Origin: Polyangiales bacterium
GTDB taxonomy: Bacteria; Myxococcota_A; Polyangia; Polyangiales; Polyangiaceae
Assembly (NCBI GenBank): GCA_038231275.1
Contig: JBBRLQ010000016.1
Span: 64,001-128,000 of the forward strand
Direction: 5' to 3'
DNA length: 64,000 nucleotides
The stretch's first letter is position 1. Each line of letters opens with the position of its first letter. Positions 36,154 through 46,113 of the stretch are shown here, in pieces. Under the pieces are notes generated by a model. It saw only the letters and a list, made by a program, of their open reading frames with translations. It was not told the DNA's origin and did no database searches. The position numbers and the translations under genes are program-made.

Positions 36154-37029
36154 TCACTCGAACGTCATCTGCGCGTAGACGCGCGCGCGATCGATGTCGC
36201 GCGACTCGGGGCCGAAGAACGCGCCGACGACGACGATGCGCTCGCCGGCCTCGAACGTCCGCACCGCACACTTGAGCGTCTCACCGGCGAAGCTCGGACG
36301 ACGGAAGGCGATGTCGAGCTTGCGCGCGAGCACCGTCGTCGGCAGATCGAGCGCGGCGAGGCGTCGCAGCGCCACGTCCTCGAAGAGGCGCGGGTACACG
36401 AGGGAGTTCACGTGCTGGTTGCTGTCGGTATGCGCGACACCGAGGACGAGCTTCGCGGGATCGTCCAGGATCTCTGGCTCGAGGGATCGCGCGCCGGCGG
36501 GGGGCTCGATCGTCGCGCGCGCCGCACGGAACGGACGCGCCGTCTTCGGGACGATCGTCTCGCCTCCGATGGGCAGCGCGACGACTCGACGCTCCTCGGC
36601 CGGCGCGAAGGGGCGCGTGAAGACGTGTTCCGCGCGAACACGGCCGGCGAGCGCGCGCGTTCCCGCGTCGTCGGGCCGCGGCAAATTCGTGCGCCCGAGC
36701 GGCCCGTAGAGCTCGGCGTCCAGATCGAGGAGGACGCGTGCGATCTTTCCGTCTGCGCCCAGCGAGTGGGAGAGCGCGAAGCCGCCAAGGACCTCCATCG
36801 CCTTGTCCACCGCGAACGGACCGGGCGCACCTTCGAGCTCGTAGCGCGTCAAAATCGGGATGATCCCGGCCTCACGCATGCTCTTCCGGACCTCGGCGTC
36901 GCCCATCATCTTGCGCCACATCGCGCCGAGCGCGATCGGCATCGTCTCCAGGCGGAGACGCCCGTCTTGCGTCACGTCCTCGTAACGGAGATCGAGCTTG
37001 CCCGAGAGACGTTCGCCGTCGAGGTTCAT
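36154..37029 (-). CDS. Acyl-ACP thioesterase-like double hotdog-fold protein
   Basis: LRYEDVTQDGRL; TDSNQHVNSLVYPRLFED; DIAFRRPSFAGE. Confidence 0.75.
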   Translation of the reverse strand: MNLDGERLSGKLDLRYEDVTQDGRLRLETMPIALGAMWRKMMGDAEVRKSMREAGIIPILTRYELEGAPGPFAVDKAMEVLGGFALSHSLGADGKIARVLLDLDAELYGPLGRTNLPRPDDAGTRALAGRVRAEHVFTRPFAPAEERRVVALPIGGETIVPKTARPFRAARATIEPPAGARSLEPEILDDPAKLVLGVAHTDSNQHVNSLVYPRLFEDVALRRLAALDLPTTVLARKLDIAFRRPSFAGETLKCAVRTFEAGERIVVVGAFFGPESRDIDRARVYAQMTFE

Positions 37030-37062
37030 GCCACGGCGATGATACCGCGGTACGCTCGCCGT

Positions 37063-37764
37063 ATGCAGGGCCACGAGATCACCATCCCGGCGGGGGACGG
37101 CGCGCCGGAGACGCCGGGCTTCGCGGCGTGCCCCCAAGGAGCGCGGCGCGGCATCGTCATCATCCACGAGCTCTTCGGCCGCCAGCCGGAGATCGACCGT
37201 GTGGTGCTCCGCTTCGCGGCGGCGGGCTACGCGGCGGTCGCGCCCGATCTGTTCCATCGCGGTCGCGTCGCGTGCCTCATCGACGTGTTCCGCGCGATGA
37301 AGACCGGGACCGGCAAGAGCGTGCAACAGGGACGCAACGCGCGCGCATGGCTCTGCAACGAGGCGCGCCTGGCGCCGTCGCAGATCGGGCTCATCGGCTT
37401 CTGCTTCGGCGGGGGCTACGCGCTCGCGGCCGGCGCGGGGTGGGGCGCGGTCTCCACGAACTACGGCGTGGTCCCGCCGGCCGAGACGATGCGCGGCATC
37501 GGTCCCGTCGTCGGCTGCTACGGCGGGCTCGACAAATCGTTCCGCGACACGGGCGCCCTCCTGACGCGGCGCCTCGCGAAGGTCGGCGTCGTCCCCGAGG
37601 TGCACACGTTCCCGGACGCCGGTCACTCGTTTCTGACCGATGGGCATCACCCGATCGGCAAATTCGTCGCGCGTCCCCTCGCCCTCGGCGACTATCCGGC
37701 CGAGCGCGAGGAGGGGTGGACCCACATCCTGGGCTTCTTCGACCGCCACCTCGCGGCGAGCTAA
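37063..37764 (+). CDS. Dienelactone hydrolase family protein
   Basis: IHELFG, AVAPDLF, GFCFGG (Cys nucleophile), YGGLD, AGHSF. Confidence 0.92.
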   Translation: MQGHEITIPAGDGAPETPGFAACPQGARRGIVIIHELFGRQPEIDRVVLRFAAAGYAAVAPDLFHRGRVACLIDVFRAMKTGTGKSVQQGRNARAWLCNEARLAPSQIGLIGFCFGGGYALAAGAGWGAVSTNYGVVPPAETMRGIGPVVGCYGGLDKSFRDTGALLTRRLAKVGVVPEVHTFPDAGHSFLTDGHHPIGKFVARPLALGDYPAEREEGWTHILGFFDRHLAAS

Positions 37765-37778
37765 GATTGTCCGTCGAG

Positions 37779-38435
<657 letters not shown>

Positions 38436-38454
38436 ACGGGCACTTCGTCGGCGC

Positions 38455-40293
38455 CTACTGGTACCCCGCCGCCTGGAGCGCGAAGAGCTGCGCGTAGCGG
38501 CCTCCCTTCGCGACGAGGCTTTCGTGCGTCCCTTGCTCGACGAGCTGTCCGTGCTCGAGCACCACGATGCGATCGGCCATGCGCGCCGTCGGGAAGCGGT
38601 GCGAGATGAGGATGGTCGTGCGCCCCTTCGCGAGCGTGCGAAAGCGCTCGAAGACGGCGTGCTCGGCCTCGGCGTCGAGCGCCGCGGTGGGCTCATCGAG
38701 GACCAGGATGTCCGCCTCTTCGCGCATGAAGGCGCGCGCGAGGGCGACCTTCTGCCATTGCCCGCCCGAGAGCTCCTTGCCCTCTTTGAACCAGTGCCCG
38801 AGCTGCGTGTCGCGGCCGTGCGGCAGCTCGGCGACGAGGCTCTGCGCGCCGCCGAGATCGATCGCGCGATCGACCCGCTGCGCGTCCTCGACGTGCTCGA
38901 CGCTGCCGAAGCCGACGTTCTCGCCGAGGCGGAGCTGGTACTGGTTGAAGTCTTGGAAGACGACGCCGAAGCGCTTGAGGAGCGCGCCGGCGTCCCAATC
39001 TTTGAGATCGCGGCCGTCGAGGAGGATGCGCCCCTCGGTCGGCTCGTAGAGGCGCGTGAGGAGCTTGATAAGCGTCGTCTTGCCGGCGCCATTTTGGCCG
39101 ACGAGCGCGAGGGAGTTGCCTGCGGGGATTTCGAGATCGATGTTGCGGAGCGCCCAGACGTCGGAGGTCGGGTACTTGAAGCCGACCCCTTCAAGGCGAA
39201 GCCCGGCGCTCGGAGTCGGAGTCGGAGTCGGAGTCGGAGTCGGAGTCGGAGTCGGAGTCGAGATTGTGAGGAACTGAAACAGGTTCGACATGTAGAGCCC
39301 GTGCTCGTAGATGCTCCCGATCGCGCCGAGCACCGACTGGAACGACTGCTGCCCGTAGCGGAACGCCACCACGTAGAGCGTCATTTCGCCGAGCGTGATC
39401 TTCTGCGTCGCGGCGCCCGTCGCCATGAGCACGTACGACGCGTAGAACGCCGCCGTCCCGAAGAGGGAGAGGCCCTGCGTCACCGCGGCGCGGCGCATCG
39501 CGAGCGAACGGTCCTCGCGAAAGAAGGTCTCCGCGAGCGCCTTGTAACGGCCGAGGAGCGTGTCGCCCAGGCCGAAGAGCTTCACCTCCTTGGCGTGCTC
39601 GTCGTTCGCGAGGACGTACTCGAGGTAGATGAGCTTGCGCGACTCCGGCGAGCGCCAGTTGCGGAGGCGGAACGTCTCCTTCGAGTAGCGCATTTCGGCG
39701 ATCGTCGCCGGCACGGTCGCGATGACGAGCGCCCCCACCACCCAGCCGCTGAACTGAACGAGGAGGACGCCGTAGCCGACGAGGGTGATGACGTTCTGCA
39801 CCAGCTGGAACAGATCCGACACGAGCGCGAGCGGCCGCGACGACGCCTCACGACGCGCGCGCGTGAGCTGATCGTAGAACTCCGAGTCTTCGAAGTGCCG
39901 CAGCTCGAGCGTCTGCGCCTTCTCGAGGATCGTCACGTTCACGTCGACGCCGAGGCGCGCGCCGAGCACCGACCGCACGACTGACAGGCCGCGCGACGAC
40001 AGGGCGAGCGCCACCGCGAAGCCCAGCTCGACGAGCACCCAGTGCAGCGCCAGATCGCGCGAGCGCGCCACCACCGCGTCGACGATCGCCTTGCCCGCCC
40101 ACGCGACGCCGAGCGGAAGGAGCGCGGCGACCAGCGTGAGCACCGCCAGCGCAAGGGTCAAGACGCGCGACGAGCGCCACACAAGCGCCAACGTCTGCGG
40201 CGTGTGCGCAAACGTTCCTCGTGCGGCTCCTGGTGAAGAAGCCATGCCTTTGCTTTGATGCTTTGCGGCGCGATGGGGGCTGCGGGAGGCCAC
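38455..40293 (-). CDS. ABC exporter, fused permease and ATP-binding protein
   Basis: TM domain; Walker A GQNGAGKT, LSGGQWQ, LDEPT, SHR. Confidence 0.95.
   Translation of the reverse strand: MASRSPHRAAKHQSKGMASSPGAARGTFAHTPQTLALVWRSSRVLTLALAVLTLVAALLPLGVAWAGKAIVDAVVARSRDLALHWVLVELGFAVALALSSRGLSVVRSVLGARLGVDVNVTILEKAQTLELRHFEDSEFYDQLTRARREASSRPLALVSDLFQLVQNVITLVGYGVLLVQFSGWVVGALVIATVPATIAEMRYSKETFRLRNWRSPESRKLIYLEYVLANDEHAKEVKLFGLGDTLLGRYKALAETFFREDRSLAMRRAAVTQGLSLFGTAAFYASYVLMATGAATQKITLGEMTLYVVAFRYGQQSFQSVLGAIGSIYEHGLYMSNLFQFLTISTPTPTPTPTPTPTPTPSAGLRLEGVGFKYPTSDVWALRNIDLEIPAGNSLALVGQNGAGKTTLIKLLTRLYEPTEGRILLDGRDLKDWDAGALLKRFGVVFQDFNQYQLRLGENVGFGSVEHVEDAQRVDRAIDLGGAQSLVAELPHGRDTQLGHWFKEGKELSGGQWQKVALARAFMREEADILVLDEPTAALDAEAEHAVFERFRTLAKGRTTILISHRFPTARMADRIVVLEHGQLVEQGTHESLVAKGGRYAQLFALQAAGYQ
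39211..39258 (-). repeat. Perfect (ACTCCG)8 repeat encoding a Thr-Pro linker between TMD and NBD
   Basis: Plus strand CGGAGT x8. Confidence 0.95.
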
Positions 40294-40339
40294 GTCGGCT
40301 TGCTTTTAGCATCAACCGGAGCGCGGCGCGGGATCGCCC

Positions 40340-41839
40340 TCAGTTGTTCTTCGGGCGGCGACCCATCACGAATTTGTGGAAGGACGGGCGGTGGATGTCG
40401 AAGTCGCTCTCCAAGAACAGCTCGAGAGCCGCGCGGACGCGGGTCTTCAGCTCCTCCGCGACGCCGGGGCGGAGCCGATCGCCCTCGAACATCTCCATGA
40501 TCGGCTCGCGCAGCTCTTCTTCGTGGAGCAGGCTCGTCTTGGTGAGCACGTACTCGATCGCGTCCTTCCACATCGCGAGGCCCGACTGGATGTTGAAGTG
40601 GAGCGACTCCTGCTCGAGCGTCTCGGTGTCGTGCCACATCCCGCGCGGCATGAATGCGACGGTGCCAGGGGTGAGCTCGAGCGTCTCGAAGGGCGTCGGA
40701 AGCTCGGTGGGCATGCCGTTCGGCGCCTCGATTTGGTGGACCGGGAGGATCTTCGCGCCGACGGTGTAGCCGGCCGTCGGGTTCTTCACGTGCGTGTTCG
40801 GCGCGACGCGCCACCTCTTCACGCCGCGCGCCTGGCAGACGAAGTTGTCATTCATGTCGTAGTGCGCCTTGAGACCCGAGCCGCGGCGCGACGCGAAGGC
40901 GCTGACGCGGGTGACGCCGTGCACGAGCCCGAGCTCCGCGTCGATCGCGTCCACCCACGACGCGATGCGCGGCGTGGCGAGGCCGTGAAAATACAAGGTG
41001 AAGCCGGCGTCGTAGAGCGACCGCTCCTGCCCGGGTGCGACGTTCACCTGCGACGACGCGCCGTCCAGGGTCCGAAAGAACGCCTGCGTGTGGTGCTTCT
41101 TCATCTTGATGAGCGCGTCGAGATCGTAGTCGACGAGGCCGGCCAGGCGCTCGACGGGGCCGCGCGCGACGAACGATCCGTTGGGCCAGTGCTTCGCGAG
41201 CAGCTCCTTCGCATCGTCGACGTTGAAGAGGGTGGACAGGCCGGGGGCTTTTATCGAGGCTCCGGGCGAGGCGGGGAGGGACGGACCGTAAAACGCGGCG
41301 AGATCGCGGCGCGCGACGTCCGAGAGGAAGGGAGCACACGCGTCGATCGCGCGGCGCGAGCGGTCCTTCGCCTCGTCCGTGACGCGCGTGTGCGGCGCTT
41401 GCTCGAGCGCGTTGGCCCACACGATCCGCGCGAGATCGGCGACCTCGCTCGGCGTGACGTCGAGCGTGCCGCCCGCGACGAGATCCACGGCGTACGGTGC
41501 GCCGCGCGTGAGGGCGCGGTACAGCGAGGAGCGATCGAACGCGCAGAACACGTACGCGAGGCGCTCGGCGTCGTCGCCCACGAGCGCGCGGATCTTCGGG
41601 CGATCGGCGAACGTGAGGACCGCGCCTTTGAAGTACTCGGTGCCGTAGATGCTGTGAAAGAGGCCAGCCTTGGTCGCCGACACGCTCGCCCCCCAACGCT
41701 CCAGAATTCGCGCGACGCCGACCAGGTGGTCGAGGAACGTACGCGCGCTATGACGAATACGTGACGCGCCCATCTCTTCGAGGAACGCGACCAGATCGGC
41801 CGCACCCTCGAACGCGAGATCGACGCGGCTGGCGTGCAT
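40340..41839 (-). CDS. Fusion of DUF6817 (HD-like) domain and JmjC/cupin 2OG-Fe(II) oxygenase
   Basis: N-terminal HSARTFLDHLVGV...AGLFHSIYGT...AERLAYVFC; C-terminal AHYD...GVKRW...MPRGMWH (HxD...H triad). Confidence 0.8.
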   Translation of the reverse strand: MHASRVDLAFEGAADLVAFLEEMGASRIRHSARTFLDHLVGVARILERWGASVSATKAGLFHSIYGTEYFKGAVLTFADRPKIRALVGDDAERLAYVFCAFDRSSLYRALTRGAPYAVDLVAGGTLDVTPSEVADLARIVWANALEQAPHTRVTDEAKDRSRRAIDACAPFLSDVARRDLAAFYGPSLPASPGASIKAPGLSTLFNVDDAKELLAKHWPNGSFVARGPVERLAGLVDYDLDALIKMKKHHTQAFFRTLDGASSQVNVAPGQERSLYDAGFTLYFHGLATPRIASWVDAIDAELGLVHGVTRVSAFASRRGSGLKAHYDMNDNFVCQARGVKRWRVAPNTHVKNPTAGYTVGAKILPVHQIEAPNGMPTELPTPFETLELTPGTVAFMPRGMWHDTETLEQESLHFNIQSGLAMWKDAIEYVLTKTSLLHEEELREPIMEMFEGDRLRPGVAEELKTRVRAALELFLESDFDIHRPSFHKFVMGRRPKNN

Positions 41840-41974
41840 CGATCGAAGATACCGCGATTTTCTCCGCGCGCATCCGCAGCGGCCCGACGTTCGCTGGGGC
41901 GAGAACCTTCCAGCCAGGCGGCGCCGACGACCGGTGCAAATCGTCGGGAGCGGGCCTATAAACGGGGCGGGGCG

Positions 41975-42889
41975 ATGACTGAACTATCGAGCGGGGGAGA
42001 ACCGATGTGGCTCGGCGAGCTGCGTGACCGGCCGGTCAAGACCGGAGTCTTGCGCGGCGAGGAGGGCAAGCTCGTCGTGCTCGAGACGTTCGCGCTCGGC
42101 AACGCGAAGCTCTCCGACGTCACGCGCGCCTTCCGCGTGCTCGGCGCGCTCGAGCACCTCGTCCATCCGCACGTCGCGCGGGTCCTCGCGACCCGCATCG
42201 AAGGAGAGGAGCTGATCGTCACCAGCACCTACGCCGAGGGCGAGTCGCTCGCCACCGTCTTCTTCCACGCCGCGGCGCGCGCGATGCGGGTGCCCCTCGA
42301 TGTCGGGTGCCGCATCGTGGTCGACGTGCTCGCGGGCCTCGCGGCGCTCCACTCGCTGCGCGACGCGGGCGGGACCGTCATCGGGATCGGCCACGGTGAG
42401 GTCTGTCCGCGCAACGTCATCGTGGGCGTCGACGGACGGTCGCGCGTGGTGCACGTGTGCAGGCCAGGGCACGATCCGACCAATCCGCGGCCGCCCGCGC
42501 TGCCGTACCTCGCCCCCGAGACGCTGGCGGACGGCATGATGTCGGAGGCGGCCGACGTGTACAGCGCCGGGGCGCTCCTCTTTCATTTTCTCGACGGCGG
42601 TCCGCCGTTCGACGCGAAGAAGGGCGCCGTCACGGAGGCGCACGCGACGGGAACGCTACCTCCCCCGCGGCTCCCCACCGAAGAGACGTGGGCCGGCCCG
42701 CTCGCCGCGATCGCGACGCGCGCCATGGCGACGGATCCGGCGCAGCGCTACGAGGCTGCGAGCGAGATGAGCGGCGCGCTGCGAGCGGCGGTGACCACAC
42801 ACGTGGCGAGCCCCGAGCACACGTCGATCGTGCTCAATGATCTCTGCGGCGGCGCCATCCGCCGACGACGCACGCGCTTCCTGGAGTAG
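41975..42889 (+). CDS. Ser/Thr protein kinase-like protein, probable pseudokinase
   Basis: LVHPHVARV, YAEGESL, YLAPE, ADVYSAG and DPAQRY present; catalytic loop reads HGEVCPRN and DFG is absent. Confidence 0.8.
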   Translation: MTELSSGGEPMWLGELRDRPVKTGVLRGEEGKLVVLETFALGNAKLSDVTRAFRVLGALEHLVHPHVARVLATRIEGEELIVTSTYAEGESLATVFFHAAARAMRVPLDVGCRIVVDVLAGLAALHSLRDAGGTVIGIGHGEVCPRNVIVGVDGRSRVVHVCRPGHDPTNPRPPALPYLAPETLADGMMSEAADVYSAGALLFHFLDGGPPFDAKKGAVTEAHATGTLPPPRLPTEETWAGPLAAIATRAMATDPAQRYEAASEMSGALRAAVTTHVASPEHTSIVLNDLCGGAIRRRRTRFLE

Positions 42890-42903
42890 CCCGTGATCGG
42901 CGC

Positions 42904-43647
42904 TCAGGGCCGCGGACGGGCGGCCGTGGCGACGCGCCAATCGCTCAACGTGGCCTCGGCGCGGAAGTGCTTGCGGAAAAAGAGGATGCCGCCGCGCCCG
43001 TCCATCGAGACCTTGGACACGGCGGGGCCGAGCGGCGTCTTGGCACCGAACTCGACCTGGATGTGGACGTAGTCGATCCACATCGACGTCCGGCTGAGCT
43101 TGAAGCCGGCGGAGAGGACGGTGCCCTCGCGCTCGTCGACCCACGCCGAGCCCTCGATCGTGGTCTCGTCCTTGGACTTGGGAACGAACGTCACGCGCAC
43201 GCGTGAGGGATCGTCCTTGTCCTTCTCGACGACGTCGAACGTGTAGCGCGCCTGCTCCGTCGCGAGGAACGGCATGCGGAGCTCACGCTTCTTGGCGGCC
43301 TCGGGGTCTTTGGCCCTCTTCTCTGCGCTCTCGCGCGCCTTCTTTCGCGCGTCGTCGGTCTTGTCGGCGCCGTCCTCGGTGTAGGACTCGACGACGAAGG
43401 TGATCTTGGCGCCGTCCGACTCGACGCGCGCGCGCATCTCCTTCACGCCGTCGGCCTTGCCGTCGCTGTCCAGCTCCTCGAGGCGCCCGGCCACCGCGTA
43501 GCTCGCCCGCGTGCGCATCGACTCGAAGCCGGCGGCGTGCGCGGCCAGGCGCGTCATCAGGGAAGGCTCCGGCGCGGTCGCGCGCGCCGAGGTGGCGGCG
43601 ACGAGGACGACCACGGCGAACGCGAGGGCGGAGAGTAGCCGTGCCAT
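42904..43647 (-). CDS. Hypothetical secreted protein
   Basis: Signal peptide ending ARA; YTF...VTFVPK...EGSAWVD beta-rich fold. Confidence 0.72.
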   Translation of the reverse strand: MARLLSALAFAVVVLVAATSARATAPEPSLMTRLAAHAAGFESMRTRASYAVAGRLEELDSDGKADGVKEMRARVESDGAKITFVVESYTEDGADKTDDARKKARESAEKRAKDPEAAKKRELRMPFLATEQARYTFDVVEKDKDDPSRVRVTFVPKSKDETTIEGSAWVDEREGTVLSAGFKLSRTSMWIDYVHIQVEFGAKTPLGPAVSKVSMDGRGGILFFRKHFRAEATLSDWRVATAARPRP

Positions 43648-43730
43648 CGGCATCACTGTGCCATCGCCCCAAGCCGGTGGCCACACGCGTGTCGACAGAA
43701 TGCGCCCTCGTCGCCGGGCGTACCTCTACC

Positions 43731-46080
43731 ATGACCGATCTCTCGTTCCTCGTGACCCACGGCGCCGCGGTGTGGCAGACGCTCATCGCCGCGTCGGTCG
43801 TCCTCGGCGCAGCGTCCGCCGCATTCCTCGTGAATCGCGCGATGCGCGCGCGGGCGGCCCGTGTACGGGAGTCGCTTGGCGAACCGTCCCCGGAGGTGCG
43901 CGTGAAGGACGCCGGGCAGCGCGTTACGCTCGTCGGGACCCTCGCGCTCGACGACGGGATCGACGGACCGCGCGCGGCGTCGGCGGCGGGGGCGGTGGTG
44001 ACCATCGTGCCGCAGGGCCTCGAGCAGAGCGACGAGCCGACCGCGAAAGCACGGAGCGCCGCCGCGCACGACGGCCGGCTCGTCCTCGACGTGGGAGGAA
44101 CGCGCGTCGAGCTCGACGGCGCGGTGCAAGTGCTGGCCGGCTCGCGTGAGACCGAGCGGTGCGTAGGAAAAGCGCAGGCCCTCGCGCTCCTGTGGGATTT
44201 TGCCGGCCCGCTTGGCGCGCTACCGCCCAAGTCGTTCGCGATTCGCGCGCTCGCGCCACAGGATCGCGTCCTCGCGCGCGGCGTGCTTCGGCACGCGCCG
44301 GAGCCGATGGATGGCGGCGGATATCGCTCGGGTCGCGCCGCGTACACGCTCACGTGCGATCCGGCCGATCCGGAGGCCACGGTGATCGCGCTGGCGTCGG
44401 CGTCGAGCCCGCGCCCGCTCGCACGCTCGTTCGTGCGAACGGCGCTTCGAGCGCTGCCTGTGCCGCTCGCGATGGTCGCGGCGCTGGCGGCGACCGGCGA
44501 GATCGGGGTGCGCACGCAAGGCGAGCTGGGCTGGACCGCCGCGGCCGCGACGCCGTTTCGCCGCGCCGACGCGCTCGGCCTCTTGCGCGCGGCTGTCCCC
44601 CTCCGCGTCGGCGCCGACGCGAACAAGATCGCGCGGGCCGTGGCGCTCGACGGACTGCGGCAACGGTGCGGCGACGCCTCGGACGACACCTTCGAGCACG
44701 GGCGCCTCGCCGAGTCCGCGGCGATCGCAGCGAGGTGCCATGACGCGCCGCGCGAGTCGCGCGCGCTGTTCGCGCAGGGCGAGATGGTCCTGGCGGCCGA
44801 TGCGTTCGCGCGGGCGCGCGCCGCCGATCCGAAGATGCCGCCGTGCCTCTCGGAAGCGACCGCGTACTTGGCGGCCGGCCGTCGCGAGCTCGCCGCATCG
44901 ACGCTGCGCGCGCTCGGCAAGACGTGGGAGGACAGCCCCAACGCGCGCGAGCGCCTCGAGTGCGCCGCGCTCGCGGTCGAAGCGCAGGGCGAGCACCCCG
45001 AGGTCCTCGTCAACACGGGAGGAGCGCGTCACCCGCTCGCTGAACCTGCCGGGCTGCCTCGCGCTCACCGCCGACGTGGCCCACGGCGAGGCGCGAAAGA
45101 AGCTCGTCGATCGCTACGATTACTGGGGAACGGTCCCCCTCGCGGACTGGCGGGCGATCACGCGGGTGGTCGCCCTCGAAGAGCTCCCCGGCACGAACCG
45201 CGCGTGGGATCTCGACGCGTACGCGCAGCCCGAGGACGTCGTCTTCGATCCGCGGAAGGGCCTCTACCGCATCCCGCCGGGCCTGGCGGACGCGGTGGCC
45301 ACGGCGCTCGCCGCGCGAGACGACGCGCGCTCGCAGCTCCTCCGAGGGCAGCTCCTCATGGGCCTCGCCCACCTCGACGCGTACCTCGGCGAGATGGCGG
45401 ACGCGCGCGCGCGGACGAGAGACGCGCTCGCCGCGTTCTTGGGAGCGAGCCTCCACGCCGCCGATCCCGTGCGCGACGACGACGCGCGCTACTACGACTA
45501 CGGCTACGCGTACGGGCAGAGCGGCAACGCCTACGCCGCGCGGCGCGCCAAGGGTCTCATGGCTCGCGCGAGCGAGCTCGCCTCCGCGCTCGACGCGCGC
45601 GACGGGTCGCCTCGCACCGAGTTCGACGCGACCTCCGCCGGCCGCGAGCTGGAGCTCGCTCACCGCGCGACGACCCAGAAGGATCCCACCGCCCTCGAAG
45701 CTCTCGCGCGTCGCGACTCGCGCGAGCTGAATCGAAAGCTCTGGGACCTTGCCCTCGGCGACGACGGCGCCGGCCTCGCGACGCGCCTCGAAGAGCGCGG
45801 CCTCGACGGACGCGGCGTCGTCGACTTCCTCGCCGCGCGTCCGGCGCTCGCCCCCGAGCTCGGGCGGTGGGTTCGCTACGGTTACCCGATGGCGTGCACC
45901 ACGTGCGGCATCTATCCGCTGGCAAACCAGATCGCCTCGCGACGGGACGCCGCCCGCGCGGTGGGTGCGAAGGACGTCACCGGGGAGACAACCGCCGCCG
46001 CGCGACGCCTCCGCGCGCTGCTCCTCCGCCGCGACATCGCGATCCCCCTCGCGGTGATCAGCGAGCTCAGCCCGCCGTGA
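43731..46080 (+). pseudogene. Membrane-anchored helical (TPR-like) protein interrupted by a frameshift near 45011-45020
   Basis: The frame from 43731 is protein-like up to EHPEVLVN and then becomes Arg-rich shadow sequence; the +1 frame becomes protein-like at REERVTRSLNLPGC and ends at 46080. Confidence 0.65.
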
Positions 46081-46113
46081 CGACGGTACCGTGACTGAAG
46101 TATCGTTCCCCTC

